DNA of 50,097 nucleotides from a virus: the IMG/VR virus record IMGVR_UViG_3300021448_000209. The stretch is one strand, 5' to 3'. The notes beneath the pieces were generated by a model. That model did no database searches. It saw only the letters and a program-made list of their open reading frames with translations, and was not told where the DNA came from. This document shows positions 8,623-17,806 of the stretch, piece by piece; the first letter of the stretch is position 1, and each line of letters starts with the position of its first letter. Made by a program: the position numbers and the translations under genes.

Positions 8623-8993
8623 CTGTCTCTCAGCAAAACATCGAAATGGTTAGCGGGGACAGTCGTCGGATACATATCAACGGCGTGCGGGATCAGGACG
8701 CCCGCTACGACGACAGTGTGGTCGACCTCGTGGGAGCACAACTCCGATGGGGTGTTCTCGACCGGAAGGGGGGCGACGTCCTCCTTACGAAACGGACGGA
8801 GAACGCGGGGGGCGCACGGGCCGAAATAAACGTCGTCGACCCGAAGGACGGGGAGGTATACATCTACCTTGATCCGTCGGATACCGAGACTATGGCTGGT
8901 CGGTACTACCACGAGCTTGAAATGGAGGACGTTTCAGGCATGGTATCGACTCTCATGAACGGCTACCTCGATATTGCCCGTGACTCGATCTGA
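8619..8993 (+). CDS. Hypothetical protein (beta-sandwich-like)
   Basis: 124 aa. Its start overlaps the hydrolase stop (ATGA). Alternating beta-strand-like pattern and acidic composition. Confidence 0.55.
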   Translation: MTVSQQNIEMVSGDSRRIHINGVRDQDARYDDSVVDLVGAQLRWGVLDRKGGDVLLTKRTENAGGARAEINVVDPKDGEVYIYLDPSDTETMAGRYYHELEMEDVSGMVSTLMNGYLDIARDSI

Positions 8994-9041
8994 TCGGTCA
9001 CGGACCAACAGCGGGCGGTCACGATAACGATCACGATCATC

Positions 9042-9179
9042 ATGGTACTTACTACCGAGAGCGGTGGGAAGTGTTCGGTGTGCGGGGCGTCCCTGAGCGA
9101 AGGGATCGAACTACAGCGCGGCGTTTGCAACGCCTGTTTCAAGGGGGAGAAATCGGGCGGGCGTAGTGTCGAGAAGTAA
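9042..9179 (+). CDS. Zinc-ribbon microprotein (45 aa)
   Basis: Too short for the ORF track. ATG 9042 to TAA 9177..9179 gives MVLTTESGGKCSVCGASLSEGIELQRGVCNACFKGEKSGGRSVEK, with two CxxC pairs. It fills the 8994..9202 gap on the coding strand. Confidence 0.45.
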   Translation: MVLTTESGGKCSVCGASLSEGIELQRGVCNACFKGEKSGGRSVEK

Positions 9180-9202
9180 CTAACGGGAACGAAACTGAGT
9201 TT

Positions 9203-11803
9203 ATGAGCGATACTAACGGGGACCAAGAGACGCGCTCAGGCCGGCCGGAGACGCAAATCAACGTCTCTATGCCGGATGGGGAGGGCGTACCCGCCGACGA
9301 ACTCGATGAGCCGACCGATGCCTGGGCGAAGGCCGACGCGACCCAACAGCAGGGCGACGACAATTTCGAGTACGGCAGCGGGTCCGAAGAGTACAACCTG
9401 ATCAAACCGCCGTACAACCCGTCCCGGCTCGCAATGCTCTCGGAGCGGTCGGAGACCCATGCGGCCTGTCTATCCGCAAAGGCGCGGTGGGTTGCCGGCT
9501 TTGGTCTCGAACTCGAACAGCATGAGATTTCGCGGGCCGGCGAGGGCGAGAATACCGACGACGGCGAGGAACCCCCCGGCAAAGACGCTGTGTGGGAATT
9601 TTGGTTCGGGTCCGAGACTGACTTTCAGTTGGGGCCGTCGGATATGGCCTACGCGACCGCGAACGAAGTACTCGAAAACGCTTGGTACGACTATGAGAGC
9701 GTCGGGTGGTATGCAATAGAGATCCTGTGCAACCCCGATACCGGCGAGCCGAACGGGCTCGCCCATGTCCCCGCGCATACGATCCGTATGCGCGACGACG
9801 GCAAGGGGTTCGTCCAGCATCCGAACGACACCGACGAGGTACACTTCGCGGCGGCCGGGATGCGATACGGCGAAGATAAGGAGTTCGTTGACGCTCAGAC
9901 CGGGCGCGTCCACGAGACCGCGACCGAGCCGGACGAGATAGCGAACGAACTGATCGTCCAGCGGAATTACTCGGCGACGTCGACGCGGTATGGAACCCCC
10001 GACGTGGTTCCCGCCTTGCAAACAATCGAGGGCGACATTGCCGCTCGACAGTACAACACCTCGTTTTTCGAGAACGAGGCTGTTCCCCGGTTCGCTGTTA
10101 TAATCGAGGGTGCGGAGCTACCGGATAAAATCCGCAAGGAGCTTAAAAAGAGCTTCAAGTCCCAACTAAAGGGGGCCGAAGAGAGCCACCGGACGATCGT
10201 TCTCGACGTCGTAAACGAGTTCGCTGCGGACCCCGAGACGGGCGAGAGCGCGTCGGACATCAACGTTCGGCTCGAACCCCTCACTGTCGGTGTCGAAGAG
10301 GATGCTTCGTTTGTGGAGTTCCGTCGTGAAAACAAGAAGGACATCCGGCAGGCGCACGATGTCCCGCCGATCATTATCGGCGACGATGAGGACATTAACC
10401 ACAACAGCGCCAAAACCCAACGGCGCAACTTCGCTGAGGAGACCGTTCAACGGAAGCAAGAACTGTTCGCGGCCCGCCTGTATAAGATAATCAACGCGAC
10501 GGCGCTCGCCGAAACGAAGGACGAGGACGCTTCGAACTGGACGCTCTCGTTCCAACTTCGTGGTGTGCGTGATCAGGAACTTGAAGCGGACGTCGCTAAG
10601 AAGCGCGTCAACGGATCGCACGGCGCGCTCACTATCAACGAGGTCCGTGAGGAGTTCGACTACGGGCCGTTGTCGGACGATGAGGGCGATCCGGTCGACG
10701 ACGGCGATACGCTCGCCGCCGCGCTCATGAATCCCAAAGCGCCCGGTCTACGCGGGTTGGGTGACCCGGACGTCCCGCCGACCCCGACCGCACCCGGTCA
10801 GGTGTCGGGGTGGGACCCCGAGGACGGCCGTGTCCCGGCCCGGTCACCAATGATCGAGACTGTGTGGGACGTTCCGATTACCGACCTGGACGGAATCGAC
10901 TCGATCGAGACGGACAAGGCAGATCCCCGTCTTGTGTCAACGGATAGCGAAGAGGATCAGTTGGCCGATACGGTCACGGACGTACTGACCGAGGCCCGGG
11001 ACCGAATGGTCGACCGGATGCAAGCCGAGATCGGCGGCTCGCGAGGATCGTATGGTCGCTCGTTCGACCCGATCGAGGACAGCAAAGCGGCCGACAGACA
11101 AACCGACCGGTTAGCGAGCCGGGTTGCCGATGCAATGCGTATGGTCATATCGGAGTTCATCCCGAACTCCGGCGTGGCGAGCAAGGTCGAGCCGGTATTC
11201 GAGGCGGTGATCCAACAGGCTCTCGATACGATCTCACAGCCCAACCATGAGCCACAGATAACGACGTCCTACGGCGTCGGAGATCGGCAGGCCGCCGAGT
11301 TCGCGGCTAACTCGACGGAAAATGAGGTCAAAGACGCGGCCGATGGGATGTTCAAACAGATCCGCAAGCAAACCCGGGCCGGGCTCGAACAGGGGCTTGG
11401 ATACAAGCGGATCGCCGAGAACATTCGCGAGGAGATCGGCGACGACGTGATCGAAGCCCGGGCCGACCTGATCGCACGCATGGAGGCTCAGAAGGCCACG
11501 AACCGGGCGAAGCTCCGGTCGTATGAGTCCTCTGACGTCGTGACCGGCATAACGGTGATCAACACTTGTGGACCCCAAACGACGCCACTGTGTAGACATC
11601 TGAGTGGATGCGGACCCCACTCGCGTAAGGCGGCGTACTTCGATCATCCCGACGGTAAGACGATCGATGAGCAGCTTGAGGAGCAGGTCCCCGACCGGAC
11701 CCTCATACAAGGGTTTTCGCTACAGTCGCCGCCGTACCACTACGGATGTCGGTCGGGGATAGTCAGTCTGACCGACGACCCACCGTGGGAGCGCGACGTA
11801 TGA
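9203..11803 (+). CDS. Portal protein fused to a Mu F / SPP1 gp7-like head-morphogenesis domain
   Basis: 866 aa. The N-terminal ~550 aa are portal-like in size and position. The C-terminal region has the Mu F signature (ARADLIARMEAQKATNRA ... TPLCRHLSG ... PPYHYGCRSGIV). Confidence 0.8.
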   Translation: MSDTNGDQETRSGRPETQINVSMPDGEGVPADELDEPTDAWAKADATQQQGDDNFEYGSGSEEYNLIKPPYNPSRLAMLSERSETHAACLSAKARWVAGFGLELEQHEISRAGEGENTDDGEEPPGKDAVWEFWFGSETDFQLGPSDMAYATANEVLENAWYDYESVGWYAIEILCNPDTGEPNGLAHVPAHTIRMRDDGKGFVQHPNDTDEVHFAAAGMRYGEDKEFVDAQTGRVHETATEPDEIANELIVQRNYSATSTRYGTPDVVPALQTIEGDIAARQYNTSFFENEAVPRFAVIIEGAELPDKIRKELKKSFKSQLKGAEESHRTIVLDVVNEFAADPETGESASDINVRLEPLTVGVEEDASFVEFRRENKKDIRQAHDVPPIIIGDDEDINHNSAKTQRRNFAEETVQRKQELFAARLYKIINATALAETKDEDASNWTLSFQLRGVRDQELEADVAKKRVNGSHGALTINEVREEFDYGPLSDDEGDPVDDGDTLAAALMNPKAPGLRGLGDPDVPPTPTAPGQVSGWDPEDGRVPARSPMIETVWDVPITDLDGIDSIETDKADPRLVSTDSEEDQLADTVTDVLTEARDRMVDRMQAEIGGSRGSYGRSFDPIEDSKAADRQTDRLASRVADAMRMVISEFIPNSGVASKVEPVFEAVIQQALDTISQPNHEPQITTSYGVGDRQAAEFAANSTENEVKDAADGMFKQIRKQTRAGLEQGLGYKRIAENIREEIGDDVIEARADLIARMEAQKATNRAKLRSYESSDVVTGITVINTCGPQTTPLCRHLSGCGPHSRKAAYFDHPDGKTIDEQLEEQVPDRTLIQGFSLQSPPYHYGCRSGIVSLTDDPPWERDV

Positions 11804-11858
11804 TCGGCCCGGAAGGACCGGACCACGACCGGCGATACATGGCGAGGTACAACTACTG

Positions 11859-13703
11859 ATGGCAAGTATTCACACACCCACGTACGACGGCCTCTCCGAG
11901 TCGGGCGAGTGGTCGCGGCCCTCGAAAGGGTCGTTCGACACCGACGACCTCGGGGAGATAGCACAGCATTTCATCGTCTCGATGTCGGGCTTCCCGCCTG
12001 ACACCTACGGCGATCTCAAGTTACCGGTCGTCGATACCGAGGGTAACCTTCGTTGGGGCGCTCTCGATTCGGCGTGGAAAACCGCCGCCTCGACGGACGG
12101 GCTCTCCGACGATCAGGTCGAGACGGTCAAAACCAAGGTCAATAACCTTGCAAAAGAGCACTTTGATCACGACTTTACCAAGGTCGAGCGAGACTTTGGC
12201 AAGGTCGCGACGTTCAAGGGTATTGATGAGGACAAGCGCCTCGCGACCGGTGTCGTGTTGGTTCCCTCGGAGGTCGATCATCAAGGCGACTGGGTAGAAC
12301 CGGAGACGATCGAGGGGTTCTCCCGCGATTTCATGCGGAGGATGCAAACCGGGGACGAGACCCACCGTGGCGGGGGTCTGATGCACGCGGCGTTCCCGGG
12401 ACCCACCGAGATTAGCCTGTTCGAGAATAGAGTCCTCGATAAGGAGACGACGATCGAGGGCGAGGAGTACCCGGCCGGCACCTGGGTACAAACCTGGCAT
12501 ATCGAGGACGATGATCTCTGGGAACTGGTAAAGGACGGTGTTATCAGTGGGTACTCGATCGGCGGCCGTGTTCGCGATGGAATGGCCGTCGAGTACTCCG
12601 ACCTCCCTGATCACGTCACTGTTCCCGACGCGGTAACGATCGACAAGGGCGACGGGGACGGCGAACCGGATCTCCTCCGTCGTGTTGACGGCGGTCGGAT
12701 TAACGAGGTGTCGTTCGTCGATATGCCCGCTGTCCCGCGGGCTCAAATCAGGTCTACCAAAGCGGCCGATGACCATTTACTCAAAGCCAACCCGGACTTA
12801 ACGGTCGGGCAACAGGTTTGCGAGGATGTTATGGTAGACCGGGGCCACGACAAGGAGGACGCTAAGCGTGCTTGTCGTGTGATTCAGCGGTTCTCCGGCG
12901 ACGATCCGGGCGACGACGAACCGGACGGTGACGGTCCTGCTGATCAGGACACCGAGGCCGGCGAGGCCCAGTATAGTGACAGCAAACAACGCCCGGATGA
13001 GGGCGCGACCGAATCGACAGAGGGTGTCAGTGATCCGTCGGACGGAGATACCGGCGGTGAGACGTCCTCTGACACGGATTCGGAACCTGGTATCGTCTCG
13101 CGTTTCAAGTCGCGACTGTTCGGCGGGGGTCCCGCCGAACAATCGAGCGAGAAAGACGCCGAGACCGGCCAGGATGAGATAAAAAGCGTACTTAAGACCA
13201 TGACTGACAACAGCGACTACGATGCGGACGATCTGATCGAGCGTATGGACTCGCTCGTTGAATCGAACAAGGAACTTAGCGAGTCGGTTTCGGAGATCGC
13301 CGATGCGGGCGACGGCGAAGGCGAGACCGAAGAGGCCGGCAAGGCCGGCGAAGGCGGCGAGAGCGACGAGCCCGATTTTGAGCCGGCCGACGCCGACGAC
13401 GTGGCCGAACTCAATCAGAAGGTCGACACTATCGCCGAGGCGATCGTGAGCCTCGACGAGAAGTTTGAGTCGGCCCCTGATGCCGGCGAAGAGGCCGGCG
13501 ACGGCGAGACCGGCGAAGAGAAGGACGCCGACGGTGAGGGCGAGGGCGAGTCCGATCAGGATCTCGAACAGAAGGTAGACGAACTACAGTCGGAGTTAGA
13601 AGAGATCCACTCGCAGCGCGGGACGTCCAAGCAGGGCGACCCCGGACAGACTGAGGGTGGCGACTCGATGGGCGAGCGGACGGCCGTGAAGCTCGGACTG
13701 TAA
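11859..13703 (+). CDS. Prohead serine protease (HK97/S78-like) fused to an acidic coiled-coil scaffold-like region
   Basis: 614 aa. DHQGDWVEPE, GVISGYSIGG and INEVSFVDMPAVPRAQI match the prohead protease pattern. The C-terminal ~270 aa are extremely D/E-rich with heptad-like segments (DLEQKVDELQSELEEI). Confidence 0.7.
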   Translation: MASIHTPTYDGLSESGEWSRPSKGSFDTDDLGEIAQHFIVSMSGFPPDTYGDLKLPVVDTEGNLRWGALDSAWKTAASTDGLSDDQVETVKTKVNNLAKEHFDHDFTKVERDFGKVATFKGIDEDKRLATGVVLVPSEVDHQGDWVEPETIEGFSRDFMRRMQTGDETHRGGGLMHAAFPGPTEISLFENRVLDKETTIEGEEYPAGTWVQTWHIEDDDLWELVKDGVISGYSIGGRVRDGMAVEYSDLPDHVTVPDAVTIDKGDGDGEPDLLRRVDGGRINEVSFVDMPAVPRAQIRSTKAADDHLLKANPDLTVGQQVCEDVMVDRGHDKEDAKRACRVIQRFSGDDPGDDEPDGDGPADQDTEAGEAQYSDSKQRPDEGATESTEGVSDPSDGDTGGETSSDTDSEPGIVSRFKSRLFGGGPAEQSSEKDAETGQDEIKSVLKTMTDNSDYDADDLIERMDSLVESNKELSESVSEIADAGDGEGETEEAGKAGEGGESDEPDFEPADADDVAELNQKVDTIAEAIVSLDEKFESAPDAGEEAGDGETGEEKDADGEGEGESDQDLEQKVDELQSELEEIHSQRGTSKQGDPGQTEGGDSMGERTAVKLGL

Positions 13704-13773
13704 CGCGGTTACGAACATTTGCGGTGTTACTCCGGTCGTTGATGGCCTGAGTGACAACTATTACCATAGATCA

Positions 13774-14748
13774 ATGAGCGCACACGCACGCGGTCGAGGA
13801 CGGAGCACCAACCAGAAAGCACTCGAAAAGGTCAGTACTGACGACCTGAGCCCTGGGGGTATCCTCCCCCGTGATATGTGGGAGGAGTTCTACACCCAGG
13901 TTACGGAGAGCAGCGACCTGCTCTCTATGGTCCGTACCGAGGAGATCGGCCGGAAATCGACCCGGATTCCGAAACTCCTCATCGGTGAGCGGAAGCGGCA
14001 GGGCCAGGACGAGGGTACGAAAACGGACAAGGCCAGCGTATCGACGGACTACGTTGACATCGACGCCGAGAAGGGCGCTGTCTACTGGGATCTGACCAAG
14101 GAGACGGTCGAGAATAACCCCGAGCGGGAGCAACTGGCGTCGCGGGTCATGAACCTCATGACCAACCAGTTTTCCGCCGACACCCAGGACCTTGCGATCA
14201 ATGGCGACGAGAGCGCGACCGGGTGGGTCACCCAGAACACGGGCTACCTCGCACTGGCGGATCAGCAGGGCGCGGCCACGTACTACCACGACTCGGCGGG
14301 AGACGGGACCGGGACCGCTCAGGCGATCGATAACACCATGTTCCACAACATGATCCAGTCGATGCCTAACAAGTTCCTTGAGCGGACCACGCCCCGGTTC
14401 CTCATGAACAAGAACCAGCTACAGGAATACCGCCACTTCCTGACTGGCGAATACAGCGACGCCAGTTTCTCGGTTCTGATGTCGGATAACGAGCTTACCC
14501 CGTTCAACTACGACGTGGTGGGCCTCGCGAACTTCCCGGCCAACCGGGCCATGTTCACGGACACGGAGAACCTGATCTACGCTCTCTTCCGCGAGACGGA
14601 GATCGAGGTCCTGCAAGAGTCCGACGACATCTTGGAAGAGGACCTGTACCGGAAGTACGGTATCCGGGCGGTCGACGACTTTGCGATCGAGGATGCCGAC
14701 GCTATGGTCGTCGCCGACGGCCTTCAAGAGCCCGCGGTCTCGCCGTAA
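13774..14748 (+). CDS. Major capsid protein (HK97-fold family)
   Basis: 324 aa, immediately after the protease-scaffold gene. Size, position and capsid-family-like sequence character support the call. No delta domain, consistent with a separate scaffold. Confidence 0.75.
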   Translation: MSAHARGRGRSTNQKALEKVSTDDLSPGGILPRDMWEEFYTQVTESSDLLSMVRTEEIGRKSTRIPKLLIGERKRQGQDEGTKTDKASVSTDYVDIDAEKGAVYWDLTKETVENNPEREQLASRVMNLMTNQFSADTQDLAINGDESATGWVTQNTGYLALADQQGAATYYHDSAGDGTGTAQAIDNTMFHNMIQSMPNKFLERTTPRFLMNKNQLQEYRHFLTGEYSDASFSVLMSDNELTPFNYDVVGLANFPANRAMFTDTENLIYALFRETEIEVLQESDDILEEDLYRKYGIRAVDDFAIEDADAMVVADGLQEPAVSP

Positions 14749-14758
14749 CTGACATCCC

Positions 14759-15373
14759 ATGAGTGACCGAACTGAAACAATTAAGCTCGTTCCGAAGCGT
14801 AGTGGCGGTTCGGTCCCGGCGGCGTTCCATAGTGGATCGGGTGTCAGTCTCACCCGTACGGATCGAACGGCAACAGTCGCGGCCGATGTTGCTGATCGTC
14901 TCGTCGAGTCCGATGCCCCGGTCGAGTACGCCGGGGAGGATGAGACTGTCCCGCCGATCGATAAGGGCGGGGACATTCTTGGAATCCACCCGGACTCCGA
15001 CGGGGCCGATCAGGCCGACACGGCCGCAGAGAGCGAAGCCATCACGTCCGACGATGTTCTCCCCGAGCCGGATCAGGACGCCGCTCACAGCGACGAGAGC
15101 GACGCACAGAATACGTCTCGTCCCGACCCGGCCACGGCGGCCGACGGACGGGACGAACAGGATGAGGCCGACGTCGAGGAGAGCGGCGACGTGATCGACC
15201 CGTTCAATTACACCGTCTCCGAAATGGAGAATAAGGTCGAAGAGATCGACTCGGTGGATCGCCTCGATGCGATCGCCGACAAAGAGGGCTCGCCCGATCA
15301 GGATGGCCGTAAGGGCATCCATCGGGCGGTTGATGAGCGACGCATGGCGATCGAGAACGGGTCGGGGGCTTAA
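14759..15373 (+). CDS. Acidic hypothetical head-module protein
   Basis: 204 aa, very D/E-rich and probably largely disordered. It follows the capsid gene on the same strand. Confidence 0.5.
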   Translation: MSDRTETIKLVPKRSGGSVPAAFHSGSGVSLTRTDRTATVAADVADRLVESDAPVEYAGEDETVPPIDKGGDILGIHPDSDGADQADTAAESEAITSDDVLPEPDQDAAHSDESDAQNTSRPDPATAADGRDEQDEADVEESGDVIDPFNYTVSEMENKVEEIDSVDRLDAIADKEGSPDQDGRKGIHRAVDERRMAIENGSGA

Positions 15374-15374
15374 C

Positions 15375-15734
15375 ATGGCCCCAACTACGCACACGATCGA
15401 CGCGGCAACGTGGGACTCGACCGAGGCTCGCGCTGTATGGACGGGAGAGCAGCGTCACCCGGCGTACGTTCGCGTCAAAAACGACCTCGATGTATCGGTG
15501 ACTGTCTATGTCGATCGGACAGACGGGTCCGATGTAAACTACGACTGGCTCGAAGAGGATACGTCAGGTTTGGGCGTCGATAGTGCAACCGTCAGGACGT
15601 TCACGGTCGAGACGGAACCAGCCGATCGGCTCCGCGTACGGGTCGTTCCCGATACGTCGCCGAACAGCGGGTCGGTGTCCGTTCGATCGGGTACCGGTCG
15701 ACTGACGGTCAACGATCACGGCTCAGAGGTCTAA
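15375..15734 (+). CDS. Hypothetical head-module protein
   Basis: The ATG at 15375 lies 2 nt after the upstream stop. The track start at 15267 would overlap the previous gene by 107 nt. 119 aa. Confidence 0.5.
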   Translation: MAPTTHTIDAATWDSTEARAVWTGEQRHPAYVRVKNDLDVSVTVYVDRTDGSDVNYDWLEEDTSGLGVDSATVRTFTVETEPADRLRVRVVPDTSPNSGSVSVRSGTGRLTVNDHGSEV

Positions 15735-15735
15735 T

Positions 15736-16158
15736 ATGCCGGAATTTCCGAACTACGACCCGAAATACCTCAGAGACGACGACTACCCGCCGATCTCAAA
15801 GGAGATTATGGCGGACTTTACGGACAAGGAAACGGGTCGAGCGGTTCGTGCGGCGGAAAACCGGCTTGAGGCCGAAGTGAACGACGGGTCCGAAATACTG
15901 ACCGGCGATCGACGGCGGTTGCACTCCGAGGCGGTCTCGGTGTATGCCGCGTATCGGCTGTCCCGGTCCCCGGCCGCTCCCCAGAGTATGAGTGGTGGGC
16001 AATGGGCCGACGACGGCTCCGATCGGGTATCCGTTCACAACGACCTCATGGAGGAGTTCAACGATCTTGTCGACCTGATCAACTCCATGCCGGCCGACGG
16101 CGAGGACGATGCTGTCGACGACGGTCCTTCCCAGGACGTTACAATGGAGGTAGTCTAA
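15736..16158 (+). CDS. Head-tail connector candidate (gp6-like position)
   Basis: 140 aa, helical and acidic. It sits in the head-completion block between capsid and tail genes. Confidence 0.45.
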   Translation: MPEFPNYDPKYLRDDDYPPISKEIMADFTDKETGRAVRAAENRLEAEVNDGSEILTGDRRRLHSEAVSVYAAYRLSRSPAAPQSMSGGQWADDGSDRVSVHNDLMEEFNDLVDLINSMPADGEDDAVDDGPSQDVTMEVV

Positions 16159-16161
16159 GTC

Positions 16162-16590
16162 ATGAGCACGCGACTACGGTTCGAGCCCGAACAGTACCAT
16201 GTGTTCGTTGACCCCGAGACCGGCGAGCGGTACGACGGATCGGGCGTATACGCCGTAGACGATGATCGTGCTCCTGAGTATGTCGACGCAACTCGGGGTG
16301 GGTGGTCGTACGTAAACGACGACGTTAACGACGGTGTTAACGACTCTGATGTCGAGAGCAAGCTGGACACTTTCGTCGAGCAGCATAACGACCACCACTT
16401 CTCTATCAACGACGGTATTGCGGAAGGGGAGATCGACGAGCACCTTTCCGAAATGTACGAACGGGAACTCAGTCGGGACGCTAACACCGGCCCCCGGTCG
16501 TCGATCCTTATCGCGCTCGAACGGCGAGCCGAAGAGATCGACCGTGAGGTCGAGTTCCCCGGCGAGGACCTAACGATCGACGACGTGTGA
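16162..16590 (+). CDS. Hypothetical head-tail module protein
   Basis: 142 aa, with a GGAGGT about 13 nt upstream of the ATG. Same-strand operon context. Confidence 0.5.
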   Translation: MSTRLRFEPEQYHVFVDPETGERYDGSGVYAVDDDRAPEYVDATRGGWSYVNDDVNDGVNDSDVESKLDTFVEQHNDHHFSINDGIAEGEIDEHLSEMYERELSRDANTGPRSSILIALERRAEEIDREVEFPGEDLTIDDV

Positions 16591-16630
16591 GCCCGGCGTC
16601 CCGGTGTTCGGGCGAGAGGAGAACACAGGT

Positions 16631-17122
16631 ATGGCTAACGGACTTGAGATCGACGGGTTCGACGACCTCGCCTCGCGAGCCGAGGCCTTGCAAGAGGCGT
16701 TCGGGACCGCGGCCGAACGAGTCGACAGCGGCGGCCCGACCGATCGGGCAACCGAGCGGACAGCACGGCGTATATCGACAACGGCGTCGATTAACGCGCC
16801 GAAGGACACCGGTCGGTTGGCGAACGCTATCCATGTCGAAAAGCAAGCCGACGGGGTGTGGTTGGTCGTCGTTGGTGTCGACTATGGCGCGGACGTCGAG
16901 TACGGAACTGCGGCCGAATACATCTACCCGGACGAGGCCGATGCCCTTCGGTTCGAGGTCGATGGGGAGATTGTATTCGCCGCTCGGGTCGAGGCCGCAC
17001 CCGCACAGCCGTACCTCCGGCCGGCGATCGAGGAACACCGACAAGAGTTCCCAGAAGAGGTCGTCTCTGAGATCCGGTCGGTGATCGATGAGGAGCTTGC
17101 TGCTGTCGGGGTTGACATCTAA
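16631..17122 (+). CDS. HK97 gp10-like head-tail joining / tail completion protein
   Basis: The ATG at 16631 gives MANGLEIDGF. TGRLANAIHVE ... VGVDYGADVEYGT matches the gp10-family pattern. Confidence 0.6.
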   Translation: MANGLEIDGFDDLASRAEALQEAFGTAAERVDSGGPTDRATERTARRISTTASINAPKDTGRLANAIHVEKQADGVWLVVVGVDYGADVEYGTAAEYIYPDEADALRFEVDGEIVFAARVEAAPAQPYLRPAIEEHRQEFPEEVVSEIRSVIDEELAAVGVDI

Positions 17123-17761
17123 ATGACTGACAAGAAAGAAGTTCTCGAAGCGCTCGAACACGCTTTTGAGAACGACGCGGGGCTCGACCAATTCGAGGGT
17201 GTCCACACACAGTCCTTAGACCTACAGTCGACCGATCGCACGGTTTCGTTCCCGGCATTAGAGGTAAAGATCGTCGGGGACCCTCGGGTCGATGAGCAAC
17301 CCGGGTTCGTCCGTTACGTTCGCGACGAGGATAACTCGGCGATCGGGGTGATCTTAGAGTGGACCTTTGAGGCTCGCATAGAGGTCTCTGTGTGGATTCC
17401 GCGCGCCGACCGGAGCTACAACGTACACTCGCTCGGAGCCGATCTCAAGCTGGCTCTCGGTCGCTACGACGACCTCGTGTACGACGACATCCTCCTTTCG
17501 CCGGACGGTGAGGCGATCGAGGAAATATCGTCGTTCCGGGTCGGCGACGGTCGGCCTGATAACAGGCGTGGCGGGAGCGGCGGTCTGATGGACGTTTGGC
17601 GACAGACCGTCTATGTCGAATACGCACAGCGTGTGAACACGGTCGAGCGCTACGGTCCCTTCCCGGTGATCGAGGTCGTTCGGACACCCGATTCGACGAC
17701 AGTTGTAGCGGAACAGGACGGCGAACGACAACGGATCAAAGCCCTACCGACTGGGTTTTGA
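17123..17761 (+). CDS. Hypothetical tail-proximal protein (tail terminator / sheath initiator position)
   Basis: 212 aa, directly upstream of the sheath gene. Confidence 0.45.
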   Translation: MTDKKEVLEALEHAFENDAGLDQFEGVHTQSLDLQSTDRTVSFPALEVKIVGDPRVDEQPGFVRYVRDEDNSAIGVILEWTFEARIEVSVWIPRADRSYNVHSLGADLKLALGRYDDLVYDDILLSPDGEAIEEISSFRVGDGRPDNRRGGSGGLMDVWRQTVYVEYAQRVNTVERYGPFPVIEVVRTPDSTTVVAEQDGERQRIKALPTGF

Positions 17762-17806
17762 GCGCCCACCTGAGCGTCGCGGTTATCAGGCCCCTTAGAA
17801 CACTTC

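Noticed and set aside
8991-9179. TGA read-through fusing the 124-aa ORF to the in-frame zinc-ribbon ORF
   Set aside because: Sharing a frame has a one-in-three chance. The linker would be a TITITII-type low-complexity stretch, and an ATG with its own ORF explains the sequence. No recoding signal is recognisable.
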